Of a DNA stretch of 57,443 nt, positions 1 to 9,352 are shown one piece after another. Origin of the DNA: a virus (taxonomy: Duplodnaviria; Caudoviricetes); the IMG/VR virus record IMGVR_UViG_3300048693_000127, positions 1 through 57,443 of that record; one strand, 5' to 3'. A program made the translations under genes and the position numbers. The first letter of the stretch is position 1. Every line of letters starts with the position of its first letter. The notes under the pieces are model-generated. The model saw nothing but the letters and a program-made list of their open reading frames with translations, ran no database searches and was not told the DNA's origin.

Positions 1-1
1 T

Positions 2-1408
2 TATAAAGTAACATTTAATAATAAATTCTTTACATTAAAAGATTTGTCAACAATATTTGACAACGACGGAACAATAAATCATTCAATAACATCTCCTTTA
101 TTATTAAATGGATGGCCTCTCAGATACATAGGAAACTATACTTTATTGTTTAAGAAAACTAACTTGTCTATGATAATGGATATAGGATGCGTGGGATATT
201 GGGAAGATTCTGTTCCACTTTCATTTCTTGGTTCATTTGTTAACGATGCAGACGGTAATAAAACAAAATATGATCTTGATTTAATACAATTTAATATTGA
301 TTATCCTTCTCCAATTTATTCTTCTAATAGCGTTAGTGTTCAGTCAAATATTAATGTTGATGCATTCGTTTCAATTAAAAAATATGAAGACGTTGGGTTT
401 ATTGGATATCTTAACTATACAAATACAAAAGAAATATCTTCAGAACGTATCATTGATTTTGAAGATAGCTCTGTTGATGTTGATAATACAAAATTTAGAG
501 CAATTGATAATACAATTATCTTTTCTCCCAAAACACTAGTAGACTTTAATAAGGCTTATATAACTACACATTTAGAAATAAAAAGTGATGGGGTATCGAC
601 TGATCCTGTAAACATTAATAGAATGTCACTCTCATCCCTGGCATATGATGAACTAAGTCTGTATGCGATAGGATCTTTGACTGGAAATAAAATGTATCCA
701 TTTGTTAGATCTGGATACTCATATTCAAATAAAATTAAAAATCCATTTATTTTCTATAAAGATTCAATGCCATATCTATATCTAACATCAGATTCTGGAG
801 CATTTTCTTTACCATATGAAGAAGTAGACAGCTCAAGTGCAAGCTATAATAGAGGATTGTCATTACCAATTAATCCAAATAAAAATCAAAACTACAATCT
901 TTTTGGAATAAGTGCGTGGATATTTTTTAATGAAAATTATGAATTTAATACAACTAAAAAAATAGCTAGTATTTTATTGAGTAATGGAAATAGAATTCAT
1001 ATTAAACTTGTTCCAACTGACAATGGAAAGCGTGCAAAGATTCAAGCATATATGTCAACTCCATTAGGAGAGACAATTTATGAAAATATTAATTACTATC
1101 AAAATGGAATTCTTTTAGAAAATCAATATATAAGACCACTAGCATGGTCATTTATCACGTTTGATTTTCCAGCACCACTAAACTATAATAACTTTATAGG
1201 CCAGATAGAAATTCATCCAGGAATTGTTTTTAATAACCTAGCTGTATATGAAGGAAACATTGATAAGAAAGTCGATGATATTTTTGAATCACATCTAGGT
1301 TTATCAAACATTGTTGCACAAGATGAATCAACATTTTTCATAAATTCCAATGATATAGATATATTTACTGACATACAATGGTCACTTTTTAGTGGAAAAC
1401 CAGTCTAA
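2..1408 (+). CDS. 5'-truncated large virion protein with a C-terminal LamG/concanavalin-like domain
   Basis: The frame is open from base 2 (YKVTFNNKFF...), so the gene starts before the window. It is beta-rich, and the C-terminal pattern (ISAWIFFN...WSFITFDF...GQIEI...FNNLAVY) resembles LamG. It lies just upstream of the head genes. Confidence 0.55.
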   Translation, partial: YKVTFNNKFFTLKDLSTIFDNDGTINHSITSPLLLNGWPLRYIGNYTLLFKKTNLSMIMDIGCVGYWEDSVPLSFLGSFVNDADGNKTKYDLDLIQFNIDYPSPIYSSNSVSVQSNINVDAFVSIKKYEDVGFIGYLNYTNTKEISSERIIDFEDSSVDVDNTKFRAIDNTIIFSPKTLVDFNKAYITTHLEIKSDGVSTDPVNINRMSLSSLAYDELSLYAIGSLTGNKMYPFVRSGYSYSNKIKNPFIFYKDSMPYLYLTSDSGAFSLPYEEVDSSSASYNRGLSLPINPNKNQNYNLFGISAWIFFNENYEFNTTKKIASILLSNGNRIHIKLVPTDNGKRAKIQAYMSTPLGETIYENINYYQNGILLENQYIRPLAWSFITFDFPAPLNYNNFIGQIEIHPGIVFNNLAVYEGNIDKKVDDIFESHLGLSNIVAQDESTFFINSNDIDIFTDIQWSLFSGKPV

Positions 1409-1410
1409 TA

Positions 1411-1419
1411 TGGTACAAT
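1411..1419 (+). promoter_or_regulatory. extended -10 promoter (TGGTACAAT), leaderless start at ATG 1427
   Basis: TGn-TACAAT followed by 7 nt then ATG; no SD. Confidence 0.6.
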
Positions 1420-1426
1420 AATGTAC

Positions 1427-1774
1427 ATGAAGTCATCCACTCCCAAGCTAACCGTACTTGAAAAAGACAGAGAAGACGGAATATATGTTTGGAGAAAGCC
1501 AGATGGCAAAGTTGTTAGTGATGGTAATGGAAACATAATGAATATTCCATCAAAAAAATATGATTTAGAATCTATTAAAAAAATTACAGATGCTGCAAAA
1601 CACTACGGCCATCCAGAAGGAAAGGCAGAGTTTTGGGCAGGAACAAGAAGAGTTTCTGATATGGAATATAGCGAACAACTAGACAGAATGAAGGAAGGAC
1701 ACATTCCAAGCGAAACAGACCTGGGAGCTTGGATAGATGCTGCAAAGGGTATTAAAAGGTATGGAGACTGGTAA
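1427..1774 (+). CDS. hypothetical phage protein upstream of portal
   Basis: Track ORF 1421-1774; the start is moved to the ATG at 1427 on promoter spacing. It overlaps the portal start. Confidence 0.75.
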   Translation: MKSSTPKLTVLEKDREDGIYVWRKPDGKVVSDGNGNIMNIPSKKYDLESIKKITDAAKHYGHPEGKAEFWAGTRRVSDMEYSEQLDRMKEGHIPSETDLGAWIDAAKGIKRYGDW

Positions 1775-3323
1775 AGATATAGATCTAGTTGCAAGACTAG
1801 ACAGAGAAGTAAAAAAGGCTACTTCCCTTGTAGATCCTTTTGCTGTTGATGCAGAAATTGCAAAACAATTTGATGGATTAGATGCAAATTTTAAGCGTCG
1901 AATGACCAGAAAAATGTCAAAGGCATGGACTGGGGTAGATGATGCAAAATCAAAACAACTTATTCCTCTTCAAGATATAACAACAGCGTATGGACTTTTT
2001 GATGTAATTATTCCACCATATAATCTTGATGAGCTTGCGACCTTTTATGAAACATCGTTTGCCAATCACGCTGCAATTAATGCTAAAGCAGCCAACATCG
2101 TTGGACTTGGATATCATTTCGAATTATCAAGTGGCACAAAAGAAAAGCTTGAAGAAGCAACATCAGACGATCAATTAATGCGAGCATATGCAAAAATTGA
2201 AAGAGGCAAGGAAGATTTGAAAAATTGGCTTGAAGAAAGAAATGATGAAGATACCTTTAGCCATGTTCTAGAAAAAATGCTTATAGATCTTGAATCTACT
2301 GGAAATGGATATATTGAAATTGGAAGAACAGTAACTGGTGAAATAGGATATATTGGACACATTCCTGCTACAACAATTAGAGTAAGAAGATTACGCGATG
2401 GGTACGTTCAAATTGTTAACCAACAGACTGTATTCTTTAAGAATTTTCAAGATAAAAATAAGTCTAATCCAGTAACCTCAGATCCAAGGCCAAATGAACT
2501 TATTCATTTTAAAAAGTATACTCCCAAAAATAGTTACTATGGTATTCCAGATGGTCTTGCAGCATCATACTCAATTGTTGGAGATCAGCTAGCAGCTAGA
2601 TACAATGTTGATTATTTTGAAAATAAGGCTGTGCCAAGATACATTGTTACCCTAAAGGGTGGCAAACTTTCAAATGAATCAGAAGAAAAACTTTTTAGAT
2701 TTTTGCAAAGTGGTCTAAGAGGTCAAAATCATAGAACCTTATTCCTTCCATTACCAGGAGATACTGTTGATAATAAGGTTGAGTTTGACATGAAGCCAAT
2801 TGAAAGTGGCATACAGGATGGGTCATTTGAAAGGTATCGCAAGTCAAATCGTGAAGATATTTTAATGTCTCATCAAATGCCAATGTCGAAAGTTGGATCA
2901 GCAGCAGGAGTTTCCATCGCAGCAGCATTGGCAGCAGATAGAACATTTAAGGAACAAGTTGCAAGACCAGCTCAAAGAAATATTGAAAAAGTTTTAAATA
3001 AAATTATTAAAGAAAAAACAAATATGTTTATATTAAAATTAGACGAGCTTACTCTTACTGACGAAAATACTCAAAGTCAAATTGATGAAAGATATCTTAA
3101 GATGCAGGTTGTTGTTCCTAATGAAGTAAGACAAAGATTAGGAATGACATTGAGGCCAGACGGCCAAGAAACAGTTCAGCTTGGTCCACAACAAAGAGCA
3201 GAAATGCTTGCACAAACAAGAGGTACAAGGCAAAGGGATGTAGAAAGACAGAACAATGCAACTGATTCACCTAATAGCCCATCTGGTAGAAATCCAGGTG
3301 GCGAGGGTAGATCTACATCGTAA
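1761..3323 (+). CDS. portal protein (HK97/PBSX-like phage portal family)
   Basis: Motifs GNGYIEI, ELIHFK...YYGIP and YFENKAVP, and EVRQRLG near the C-terminus. AAAGGT precedes the ATG at 1761. It lies before the protease and capsid genes. Confidence 0.93.
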   Translation: METGKDIDLVARLDREVKKATSLVDPFAVDAEIAKQFDGLDANFKRRMTRKMSKAWTGVDDAKSKQLIPLQDITTAYGLFDVIIPPYNLDELATFYETSFANHAAINAKAANIVGLGYHFELSSGTKEKLEEATSDDQLMRAYAKIERGKEDLKNWLEERNDEDTFSHVLEKMLIDLESTGNGYIEIGRTVTGEIGYIGHIPATTIRVRRLRDGYVQIVNQQTVFFKNFQDKNKSNPVTSDPRPNELIHFKKYTPKNSYYGIPDGLAASYSIVGDQLAARYNVDYFENKAVPRYIVTLKGGKLSNESEEKLFRFLQSGLRGQNHRTLFLPLPGDTVDNKVEFDMKPIESGIQDGSFERYRKSNREDILMSHQMPMSKVGSAAGVSIAAALAADRTFKEQVARPAQRNIEKVLNKIIKEKTNMFILKLDELTLTDENTQSQIDERYLKMQVVVPNEVRQRLGMTLRPDGQETVQLGPQQRAEMLAQTRGTRQRDVERQNNATDSPNSPSGRNPGGEGRSTS

Positions 3324-3340
3324 CAATTTGATAAAATTAT

Positions 3341-3350
3341 AGTATATAAT
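3341..3350 (+). promoter_or_regulatory. putative -10 element AGTATATAAT before the protease gene
   Basis: Intergenic. The same decamer occurs at 8512-8521 and a variant at 28685-28694. A second TGATAAAAT lies at 3329-3337. Confidence 0.5.
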
Positions 3351-3359
3351 AGGTGTAAT

Positions 3360-4763
3360 ATGACTATTTTATCTAAAGCTTACTGGGCAACAGAAGGCAA
3401 CAATATCAGTTTTTCTATGCCTATTCAGAAGGTAGATAAAGAACGCAGAATCGTTTCTGGATGGGCGACATTAGACATGCTTGATAAGCAGGGCGATATT
3501 GTTAGTGTTGATGCATCCGTAAAAGCCTTTCAAAGATTTCGTGGAAACATTCGTGAACAACATACGCCACTAGCTGTTGGAAAGATGGTTTCATTTAAAC
3601 AAGATAAATATTTTGATAAAGACTCTGGTGGCTTGTACAACGGAATCTTTGTAGACGTTTATATTTCAAAGGGCGCAGAAGATACCTGGCACAAGATTAA
3701 TGAAAAGATTCTAACTGGTTTTTCTATTGGCGGAAGAATTAAAGATTCAGAAGATATTTATACTAAGGGCGCAAATGGTCCAGCAAGACTTATCAAAGAT
3801 TATGAACTTGATGAGCTTTCTATTGTAGATAATCCAGCTTGTCCAGCGGCAGACATTGTTTCAATTCAAAAGTTTGCCGACCAAGATGTTGAGAATATTG
3901 AAAAGAACTACTTGGAAAGTGTTTATTGGTGCTCAAAGAACGACATGGTTTTACTTAGTTCAAAAAATGATATGTCTTGTCCAGATTGCAACAAGCCAAT
4001 GACCAATATTGGTTTTGTAGAAAGCAATGATGTTAGTAAATCTGATACAATTCGTAATCTATTTGAATCATTTAAAAAGGGTTCAGATGAAGAATCTGAT
4101 AATAGAGAAGCGATTGACGAATTAGCCAAATCAATTGCTGAAAATAACGATAAGGAGGGGATTAGCATGGCAGGAACACGAAAGAGATCAGCTGTAGCCG
4201 CAGAAGACATTGTTGTTAAGTCTGAAGAAACTATTGAAGAACCACTAGTTGAAGAAGACGTAGAGGTTGCAGATGAGGACGTTGTTGAAGAGCCTGCTGA
4301 TGAACCAGCAGAAGAACCAGCAGAAGTTATTGAAGAGGTCACTGAGGAAATTGTTGAAAAATCAGAAACTTCTGTTGAGGATATTGTTGTAGAAGAAGAA
4401 GCTAACGAAGAATCCACAACTCCTACAAATAGCAACGAAGACTTGGCAAAATCAGTTGATGAAGTCAAGGCTTCTCTAGTAGAAGCTTTTGGAGATTTGT
4501 CTACGACAATCAAATCCCTTAGAGCTGAAATAGCTGAACTTAAGAAGTCAGTTCAATCCGTAAACGGAGAGATTGACGTTGTAAAGGGATCAGTAAATGA
4601 GGTAAAGGGAAACATTAGTGAGTTTGGACAGCGTATTGATGACGTAGAAGCCGATACAGCAGTCCGTAAGTCTGGCGATCTTGGCGGGATCGTTCAGGAA
4701 ATACAACTAAATAAGTCGATGTGGGGCGGTCGTTTCCTCAATTCCGCTGACCTATATCGGTAA
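3360..4763 (+). CDS. prohead maturation protease (HK97/XkdF-like) fused to a Zn-binding linker and an acidic coiled-coil scaffold
   Basis: RIVSGWA...DKQGD...IREQH...TGFSIGG...ELSIVDNPA protease motifs, then WC...CPDC, then an E/D-rich region and heptad repeats. Confidence 0.9.
   Translation: MTILSKAYWATEGNNISFSMPIQKVDKERRIVSGWATLDMLDKQGDIVSVDASVKAFQRFRGNIREQHTPLAVGKMVSFKQDKYFDKDSGGLYNGIFVDVYISKGAEDTWHKINEKILTGFSIGGRIKDSEDIYTKGANGPARLIKDYELDELSIVDNPACPAADIVSIQKFADQDVENIEKNYLESVYWCSKNDMVLLSSKNDMSCPDCNKPMTNIGFVESNDVSKSDTIRNLFESFKKGSDEESDNREAIDELAKSIAENNDKEGISMAGTRKRSAVAAEDIVVKSEETIEEPLVEEDVEVADEDVVEEPADEPAEEPAEVIEEVTEEIVEKSETSVEDIVVEEEANEESTTPTNSNEDLAKSVDEVKASLVEAFGDLSTTIKSLRAEIAELKKSVQSVNGEIDVVKGSVNEVKGNISEFGQRIDDVEADTAVRKSGDLGGIVQEIQLNKSMWGGRFLNSADLYR
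4167..4763 (+). CDS. nested in-frame scaffold protein (198 aa) from an internal start
   Basis: Strong SD AAGGAGG at 4152-4158, 8 nt before an in-frame ATG at 4167, at the protease/acidic-domain boundary. Confidence 0.65.
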   Translation: MAGTRKRSAVAAEDIVVKSEETIEEPLVEEDVEVADEDVVEEPADEPAEEPAEVIEEVTEEIVEKSETSVEDIVVEEEANEESTTPTNSNEDLAKSVDEVKASLVEAFGDLSTTIKSLRAEIAELKKSVQSVNGEIDVVKGSVNEVKGNISEFGQRIDDVEADTAVRKSGDLGGIVQEIQLNKSMWGGRFLNSADLYR

Positions 4764-4783
4764 TAAACCAGGAGGTGAAAAAA

Positions 4784-5782
4784 ATGTCAGATGAAATTCT
4801 AGAAAAGGCAGCCGCAGCAGGAGCCGTAGTATCTGGTGGTATTGGTGGTGTCACTAATCCTCAGCTCTACGATCTTGGTGTAGTTGGTAGCACAACTGAC
4901 GACGGCGGTATTCTCAATCCTGAGCAGTCTCGCCAGTTCATCGAATACATTTGGGAGCAGCAGGTTCTAGCACAGGATGGTCGCAGAGTAACAATGCGTT
5001 CCAATACCGCTGAACTTGAGAAGCTAAATGTCGGTGAGCGTGTCATTCGTGCAGCAAACCAGGCTGATGGCACTTATACAAATGCAGCAGTTGCTTTCAC
5101 AAAGGTCGAAATCACAACAAAGAAGATTAGACTTGATTGGGAAGTTTCAACTGAAGCCCTTGAGGACAACCTAGAGGGTTCAGCACTTGAGGATCATCTA
5201 GTTCGTACAATGACAAGAGCATTTGCTAACGACCTAGAGGATCTTGCTATCAATGGTACTGGTGCTGGAACAAACTCATTCCTTAGCATCATGCAGGGAT
5301 TCCATGCAAAGGAGCTAACTGGAAATCAGGCAACAGCCGTTACTTCCAGTGGTTCAGCATGGACAGTCCAGGATCTACAGGATATTGTTCTTGCCATGCC
5401 ACGCAAGTATCGCGGCTCACGCTCTGCAATGAAGTTCTACACAGGTAGCCCAACCATGTCAAGCCTACTCAATCAGTTGGCTCAGACAGGCAACTTCAGT
5501 TCTGAAAGAATCGTAGAGAGAATTGTTGACGGAACGGTCCCACAGATCGTTGGCGCACCAGTACAGTATCGTGTACTCGGTCTTCCAATTGTTGAGGTTC
5601 CTTACTTCCCCGACGATTATGTCTCTCTCACTTTCCCCGAAAACCGTATTTGGGGCTTCCAGAGAGATGTTGTTGTTCACCGTGAATTCAAGCCAAAGAA
5701 GGATACTGTTGAGTACACCGTCTTTGTCCGTTTCGGTGTTCAGGTTGAAGAAACTGATGCAATTGCTTACGGCAGCAAGTAA
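4784..5782 (+). CDS. major capsid protein (HK97 fold)
   Basis: SD AGGAGGTG before ATG 4784. Motifs GGILNPEQS..F, EALEDN and FANDLEDLAINGTG. It follows the scaffold and is followed by a terminator. Confidence 0.93.
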   Translation: MSDEILEKAAAAGAVVSGGIGGVTNPQLYDLGVVGSTTDDGGILNPEQSRQFIEYIWEQQVLAQDGRRVTMRSNTAELEKLNVGERVIRAANQADGTYTNAAVAFTKVEITTKKIRLDWEVSTEALEDNLEGSALEDHLVRTMTRAFANDLEDLAINGTGAGTNSFLSIMQGFHAKELTGNQATAVTSSGSAWTVQDLQDIVLAMPRKYRGSRSAMKFYTGSPTMSSLLNQLAQTGNFSSERIVERIVDGTVPQIVGAPVQYRVLGLPIVEVPYFPDDYVSLTFPENRIWGFQRDVVVHREFKPKKDTVEYTVFVRFGVQVEETDAIAYGSK

Positions 5783-5798
5783 TAAGTAAATAATTGTT

Positions 5799-5831
5799 GG
5801 GGGGGGGCTAAATGCCCCCTCTCTTCATTTT
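5799..5831 (+). terminator. intrinsic terminator after the major capsid gene
   Basis: GGGGGGGGGC-TAAAT-GCCCCCTCTC stem followed by TTCATTTT. Confidence 0.75.
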
Positions 5832-5835
5832 GTAG

Positions 5836-5844
5836 TGATATAAT
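5836..5844 (+). promoter_or_regulatory. extended -10 promoter TGATATAAT, leaderless start at 5852
   Basis: TGn-TATAAT, 7 nt, ATG; directly after the terminator. Confidence 0.65.
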
Positions 5845-5851
5845 TATTTAT

Positions 5852-6025
5852 ATGTCAGGTAAAGTAGCTATATTTGCAGAAAATGGATTATTTGATAAAA
5901 AATTGGGTAGATTATCAAAGGGTTATAATATAACTACATCTTCTGATGCGGAAGCCTGGATGAAAATAACAAATAAAGTTAGATTAGCAACTCCCCAAGA
6001 AGTTGCTAGCGCATATGGAGTATAA
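5852..6025 (+). CDS. small hypothetical head-region protein (57 aa, not in ORF track)
   Basis: MSGKVAIFAENG...RLATPQEVASAYGV*; fills the gap and abuts the next ATG. Confidence 0.75.
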   Translation: MSGKVAIFAENGLFDKKLGRLSKGYNITTSSDAEAWMKITNKVRLATPQEVASAYGV

Positions 6026-6889
6026 ATGGAAATTCTACGACTTCCCAACACAACGTCTATACAGGCATCATTTACTTTGAGTCCAAATACTCTTTATACA
6101 ATATATTATGATGATGTTATTTTAGGTGACTCATTTTCTGCTTCCGCTACATCAAATGCGTCTGGTGTAGTTATCTTTACACTAAATTCTCGTTATCTTA
6201 CATATTCAGGAAATCTAGAGGCACTTATTTATAATGGAACAAGCTTAGTTTATTCAACAGGAATTAATGTCTTAAGACCATATTGTGATATAAATGCCGC
6301 AGCAACAGATTTAGGAAAAACAACATCAGAAATTATAAAAGCTGAATCTATTGCAAGAATGATAATAGAATCAGAAGTTGGGCCATTCCTATTTGTAAGA
6401 AAAGAAAAAGAAGTTTCTGGAATGGGCCTTGACTATTTACCAATTAACGAAAAAATACAATCACTTTATATGATGTATGAAAATGGAGAACTTATTCATG
6501 ATTCTTCGGATGAAGATATGAATTTGTATAAAATTAGTGTAGATAAGTCATCTATTATTCCCATTGATGTTATTCATAATAAAATAGAATATCCAAAGGT
6601 TTGGAGAGACAGATATCTTGATGCAGCATTTGCTAATGGATATGATTATCTAATTGATGCAGACTTTGGATATAGAATTATTCCAGAAGACATTCAAAAA
6701 GCCTGCTACCTCTTAGTAAAAGATATTGTTAATAATTCCATGGAGTATATTAATAAATATATTGAACTATTTGATAATACCGAATATCGTGTTCAATTTG
6801 CGAAAGGTTCTAGTTCTGGAACAGGAAACCTAACTGTTGACAAAATTTTATCTCCATACAAAAATAAAATTGTACCAGGAGTAATTTAA
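6026..6889 (+). CDS. head-to-tail adaptor with an N-terminal beta domain
   Basis: Position after the capsid gene; FGYRIIPEDIQKACYLL and TGNLTVDKILSPY are typical of adaptors. Confidence 0.7.
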   Translation: MEILRLPNTTSIQASFTLSPNTLYTIYYDDVILGDSFSASATSNASGVVIFTLNSRYLTYSGNLEALIYNGTSLVYSTGINVLRPYCDINAAATDLGKTTSEIIKAESIARMIIESEVGPFLFVRKEKEVSGMGLDYLPINEKIQSLYMMYENGELIHDSSDEDMNLYKISVDKSSIIPIDVIHNKIEYPKVWRDRYLDAAFANGYDYLIDADFGYRIIPEDIQKACYLLVKDIVNNSMEYINKYIELFDNTEYRVQFAKGSSSGTGNLTVDKILSPYKNKIVPGVI

Positions 6890-7324
6890 ATGTTTGCTGG
6901 TATGAATCAGCTATTCTATCCAATGTCTGCTGACATATATTATGCAACAAAGCAACAAAATGATTTTGGTGAAGTTACTAGAACATGGTCAAAAGATAGA
7001 TCGGTAAAATGTTCAGCAATAAAACAAAATCCTAATTCAAGAACTCCAGGCTTCCTTAATTCTGAAAATAATATTGAATATGATATTGTAGTTAACTTTA
7101 GAACAGCTGAAGATATTCAATTAGCCACATCTGGAACAACATATAGAGTAACAGATATATTAATTACTAATATTAAAGATGCTTCTCAAAATATAGTTTG
7201 GAAAGAAGATTCAAGTACTGCCACTGTTTTTGAAATTTCTGCTGTTGAGCCAATGCTTGATGTTTCAAATAGCATCATGGGATATAGAGTTCGTTGTGTA
7301 AGGGCAGATAGTCAGGAGCTATAA
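6890..7324 (+). CDS. head closure (stopper) protein
   Basis: Synteny; QQNDFGEVTRTW pattern; beta-rich, 144 aa. Confidence 0.65.
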   Translation: MFAGMNQLFYPMSADIYYATKQQNDFGEVTRTWSKDRSVKCSAIKQNPNSRTPGFLNSENNIEYDIVVNFRTAEDIQLATSGTTYRVTDILITNIKDASQNIVWKEDSSTATVFEISAVEPMLDVSNSIMGYRVRCVRADSQEL

Positions 7325-8016
7325 TGCCTAAAGCAAAAATAGAATCAAAAAAAGCAATGAAAGTTTTGAATAATCTTGTGGCATATACTGATGGTTTCTT
7401 AAAAGAAACTAAAGCACAAGAAATTACAGTAACATCAAAAATTGCAAAAATGAGTGTAGATGGATTTTATGAATATTTAGATCAGCTAGCAAGAGTTAAT
7501 CCTGGTATGCTTCATCATGTATATGAGTGGGGAAGAGTGGGAGATTCAAATTCAAGATTATTTGAATTAAAAAAATCAATATCCAAAAATAATGTGATTA
7601 TTACTTCTGAATTTTTAAATTCTGAAACACCATCTGATACATCTAATCAGCCCTTTTATGAAAAGGCAAGAATTATGGAAGAGGGTATTCCTGTTGTAAT
7701 TCAAGAGGTAGAAGCTCAGGCATTATTTTTTGAAATAGATGGAGTTGAATATTTTAGGGCTGGTCCAATAGTTATAGAAAATCCTGGAGGACCAGAAGTT
7801 CGCGGATCTTTTGTCAATCAATTTGAAGAATTTTACAATAATTATTTTGATGAGGTATACTTAAGAGCAATAAGGTTTTATCAGTATTTTATGGATGCAA
7901 AACCATATGAACAAAATTTTAATGCAGCTATGAAATCTGGAAATGCTTTACAAAGAGGAAGGGCAACAGCACTTTCTTGGATACAAAACATGCCAGTAGG
8001 TGATATATATGAGTGA
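7324..8016 (+). CDS. neck/tail completion protein
   Basis: Synteny between the stopper and tail terminator; coupled start. Confidence 0.5.
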   Translation: MPKAKIESKKAMKVLNNLVAYTDGFLKETKAQEITVTSKIAKMSVDGFYEYLDQLARVNPGMLHHVYEWGRVGDSNSRLFELKKSISKNNVIITSEFLNSETPSDTSNQPFYEKARIMEEGIPVVIQEVEAQALFFEIDGVEYFRAGPIVIENPGGPEVRGSFVNQFEEFYNNYFDEVYLRAIRFYQYFMDAKPYEQNFNAAMKSGNALQRGRATALSWIQNMPVGDIYE

Positions 8017-8506
8017 TTATCCAGACGTAGCAGTAAATAAATATGTATGGAAACAGTTTCAATTAGCAAAACCTGCTATATATAGTCAATATGGTGGGAC
8101 AGTACCATTTTTCCCTATAACTGATGTAAAGGCTGGAGATGCTGCATGGGGAAATAAGCCATACGTTATATATGATTCATTTATTCGTGCAAGATCAACT
8201 AATAAATATTTTTATCCAATTAAATCTGGTCAACTTATGTATTCTATTAAAGGATCTATTGCTGAGATATATGAGTGGAGAGATTTTATAGCTAACGTTC
8301 TTGATCGTGAAGATGCTGCTGCAAATGATATCAATGAGTTTTGCGGAACATTTAATAATAATAAATATTTTTTTCATTGCATAAATGTCTCACAATTAAA
8401 ATATGTTGGGTCTTCTACAAAAGATTCTGGTGCTAAAAAAGAATATTCAACAGAGTTAATTATCAGATATGATTATCATATTGCAAATATCTATAATAAT
8501 GTTTAA
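8009..8506 (+). CDS. tail terminator protein (putative)
   Basis: AGGTG SD before ATG 8009; PYVIYD motif; directly precedes the major tail gene. Confidence 0.55.
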   Translation: MSDYPDVAVNKYVWKQFQLAKPAIYSQYGGTVPFFPITDVKAGDAAWGNKPYVIYDSFIRARSTNKYFYPIKSGQLMYSIKGSIAEIYEWRDFIANVLDREDAAANDINEFCGTFNNNKYFFHCINVSQLKYVGSSTKDSGAKKEYSTELIIRYDYHIANIYNNV

Positions 8507-8511
8507 ATAAC

Positions 8512-8521
8512 AGTATATAAT
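8512..8521 (+). promoter_or_regulatory. putative -10 element AGTATATAAT for the major tail gene
   Basis: Identical to 3341-3350; intergenic. Confidence 0.5.
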
Positions 8522-8574
8522 GAATACGAGGAAACGCCCCACGCCAAACAATCCTATTAAAAGAGGTGAAAGAT

Positions 8575-9267
8575 ATGGCAGTTCTAGGTGATGCTAGAAA
8601 TATTATTGTTGGTGCAGCACAGGTGTTTGTTGCCAACGGTGGTCCATTAGAGTATTACAGCGGCACAGGAGCAAATGCAGAGTACAGATTCTCTGGAGGC
8701 GGCGCAAGCGGCATTCCAGCTTTCAGTGCTAGTGCAAGATATGCAGATACACTTGCGTCAGCTTCCGCTACATGGACAAATGTTGGATATACAATGAACG
8801 GTCTTGAGGTTCAGTTCCAGCCAGATTTCGGTGAGGTTCAGGTTGATCAGCTACTTGACGTTGCTCGTATGTACAAGCAGGGTATGCAGGTTAATCTTGT
8901 TACAGCATTTGCTGAAGCAACATTAGAGAATCTACTGATTGCTACTGCTGCTGGTGTTGGAGATCTTGACACAACCAATGCTAACAGATCAGCATTTAAC
9001 ATGCAGTCTGGAAATCTTGGTGAAGTTCCACTAGAGCGTGCTCTTATCGCTGTAGGACCAGGCACAGGTGATCCTGCCGCAACTGGTAATGCAGCTATTG
9101 AGCGTGTTTATGCTGCTCTGCGAGTTCTATCCATTGAGAGCGTTACAGTAAGTGCAAAGCGTGATGAGGCTTCTATGTTTGAAGTAACATTCCGTTTAAT
9201 GCCTGCTTCTAACGGTTCCTACGGAAAGATCGTAGATCGTGTAGTTGCTTATTCTGGTGCAGTTTAA
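8575..9267 (+). CDS. major tail (tube) protein
   Basis: SD AGAGGTG; NIIVGAA, NVGYTMNGL, VQVDQL and FEVTFRLMP tube motifs; followed by a terminator and the chaperone genes. Confidence 0.88.
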   Translation: MAVLGDARNIIVGAAQVFVANGGPLEYYSGTGANAEYRFSGGGASGIPAFSASARYADTLASASATWTNVGYTMNGLEVQFQPDFGEVQVDQLLDVARMYKQGMQVNLVTAFAEATLENLLIATAAGVGDLDTTNANRSAFNMQSGNLGEVPLERALIAVGPGTGDPAATGNAAIERVYAALRVLSIESVTVSAKRDEASMFEVTFRLMPASNGSYGKIVDRVVAYSGAV

Positions 9268-9285
9268 TCTTAATAAATAACTATG

Positions 9286-9320
9286 GTTTAGCCCACCCAA
9301 AAGGTGGGCTAAACTGTTTT
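9286..9320 (+). terminator. intrinsic terminator after the major tail gene
   Basis: Perfect 12-bp stem GTTTAGCCCACC-CAAAA-GGTGGGCTAAAC followed by TGTTTT. Confidence 0.85.
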
Positions 9321-9321
9321 A

Positions 9322-9330
9322 TGTTATAAT
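9322..9330 (+). promoter_or_regulatory. extended -10 promoter TGTTATAAT for the chaperone/tape measure operon
   Basis: Directly after the terminator; SD AGGAGG at 9343-9348. Confidence 0.6.
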
Positions 9331-9352
9331 TTAAGAGTATTTAGGAGGATTA

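Noticed and set aside
3923-4513. 196-aa Ser-rich minus-strand ORF
   Set aside because: It is the antisense shadow of the Glu-rich scaffold (GAA codons read as Ser/Phe), with no SD or promoter.
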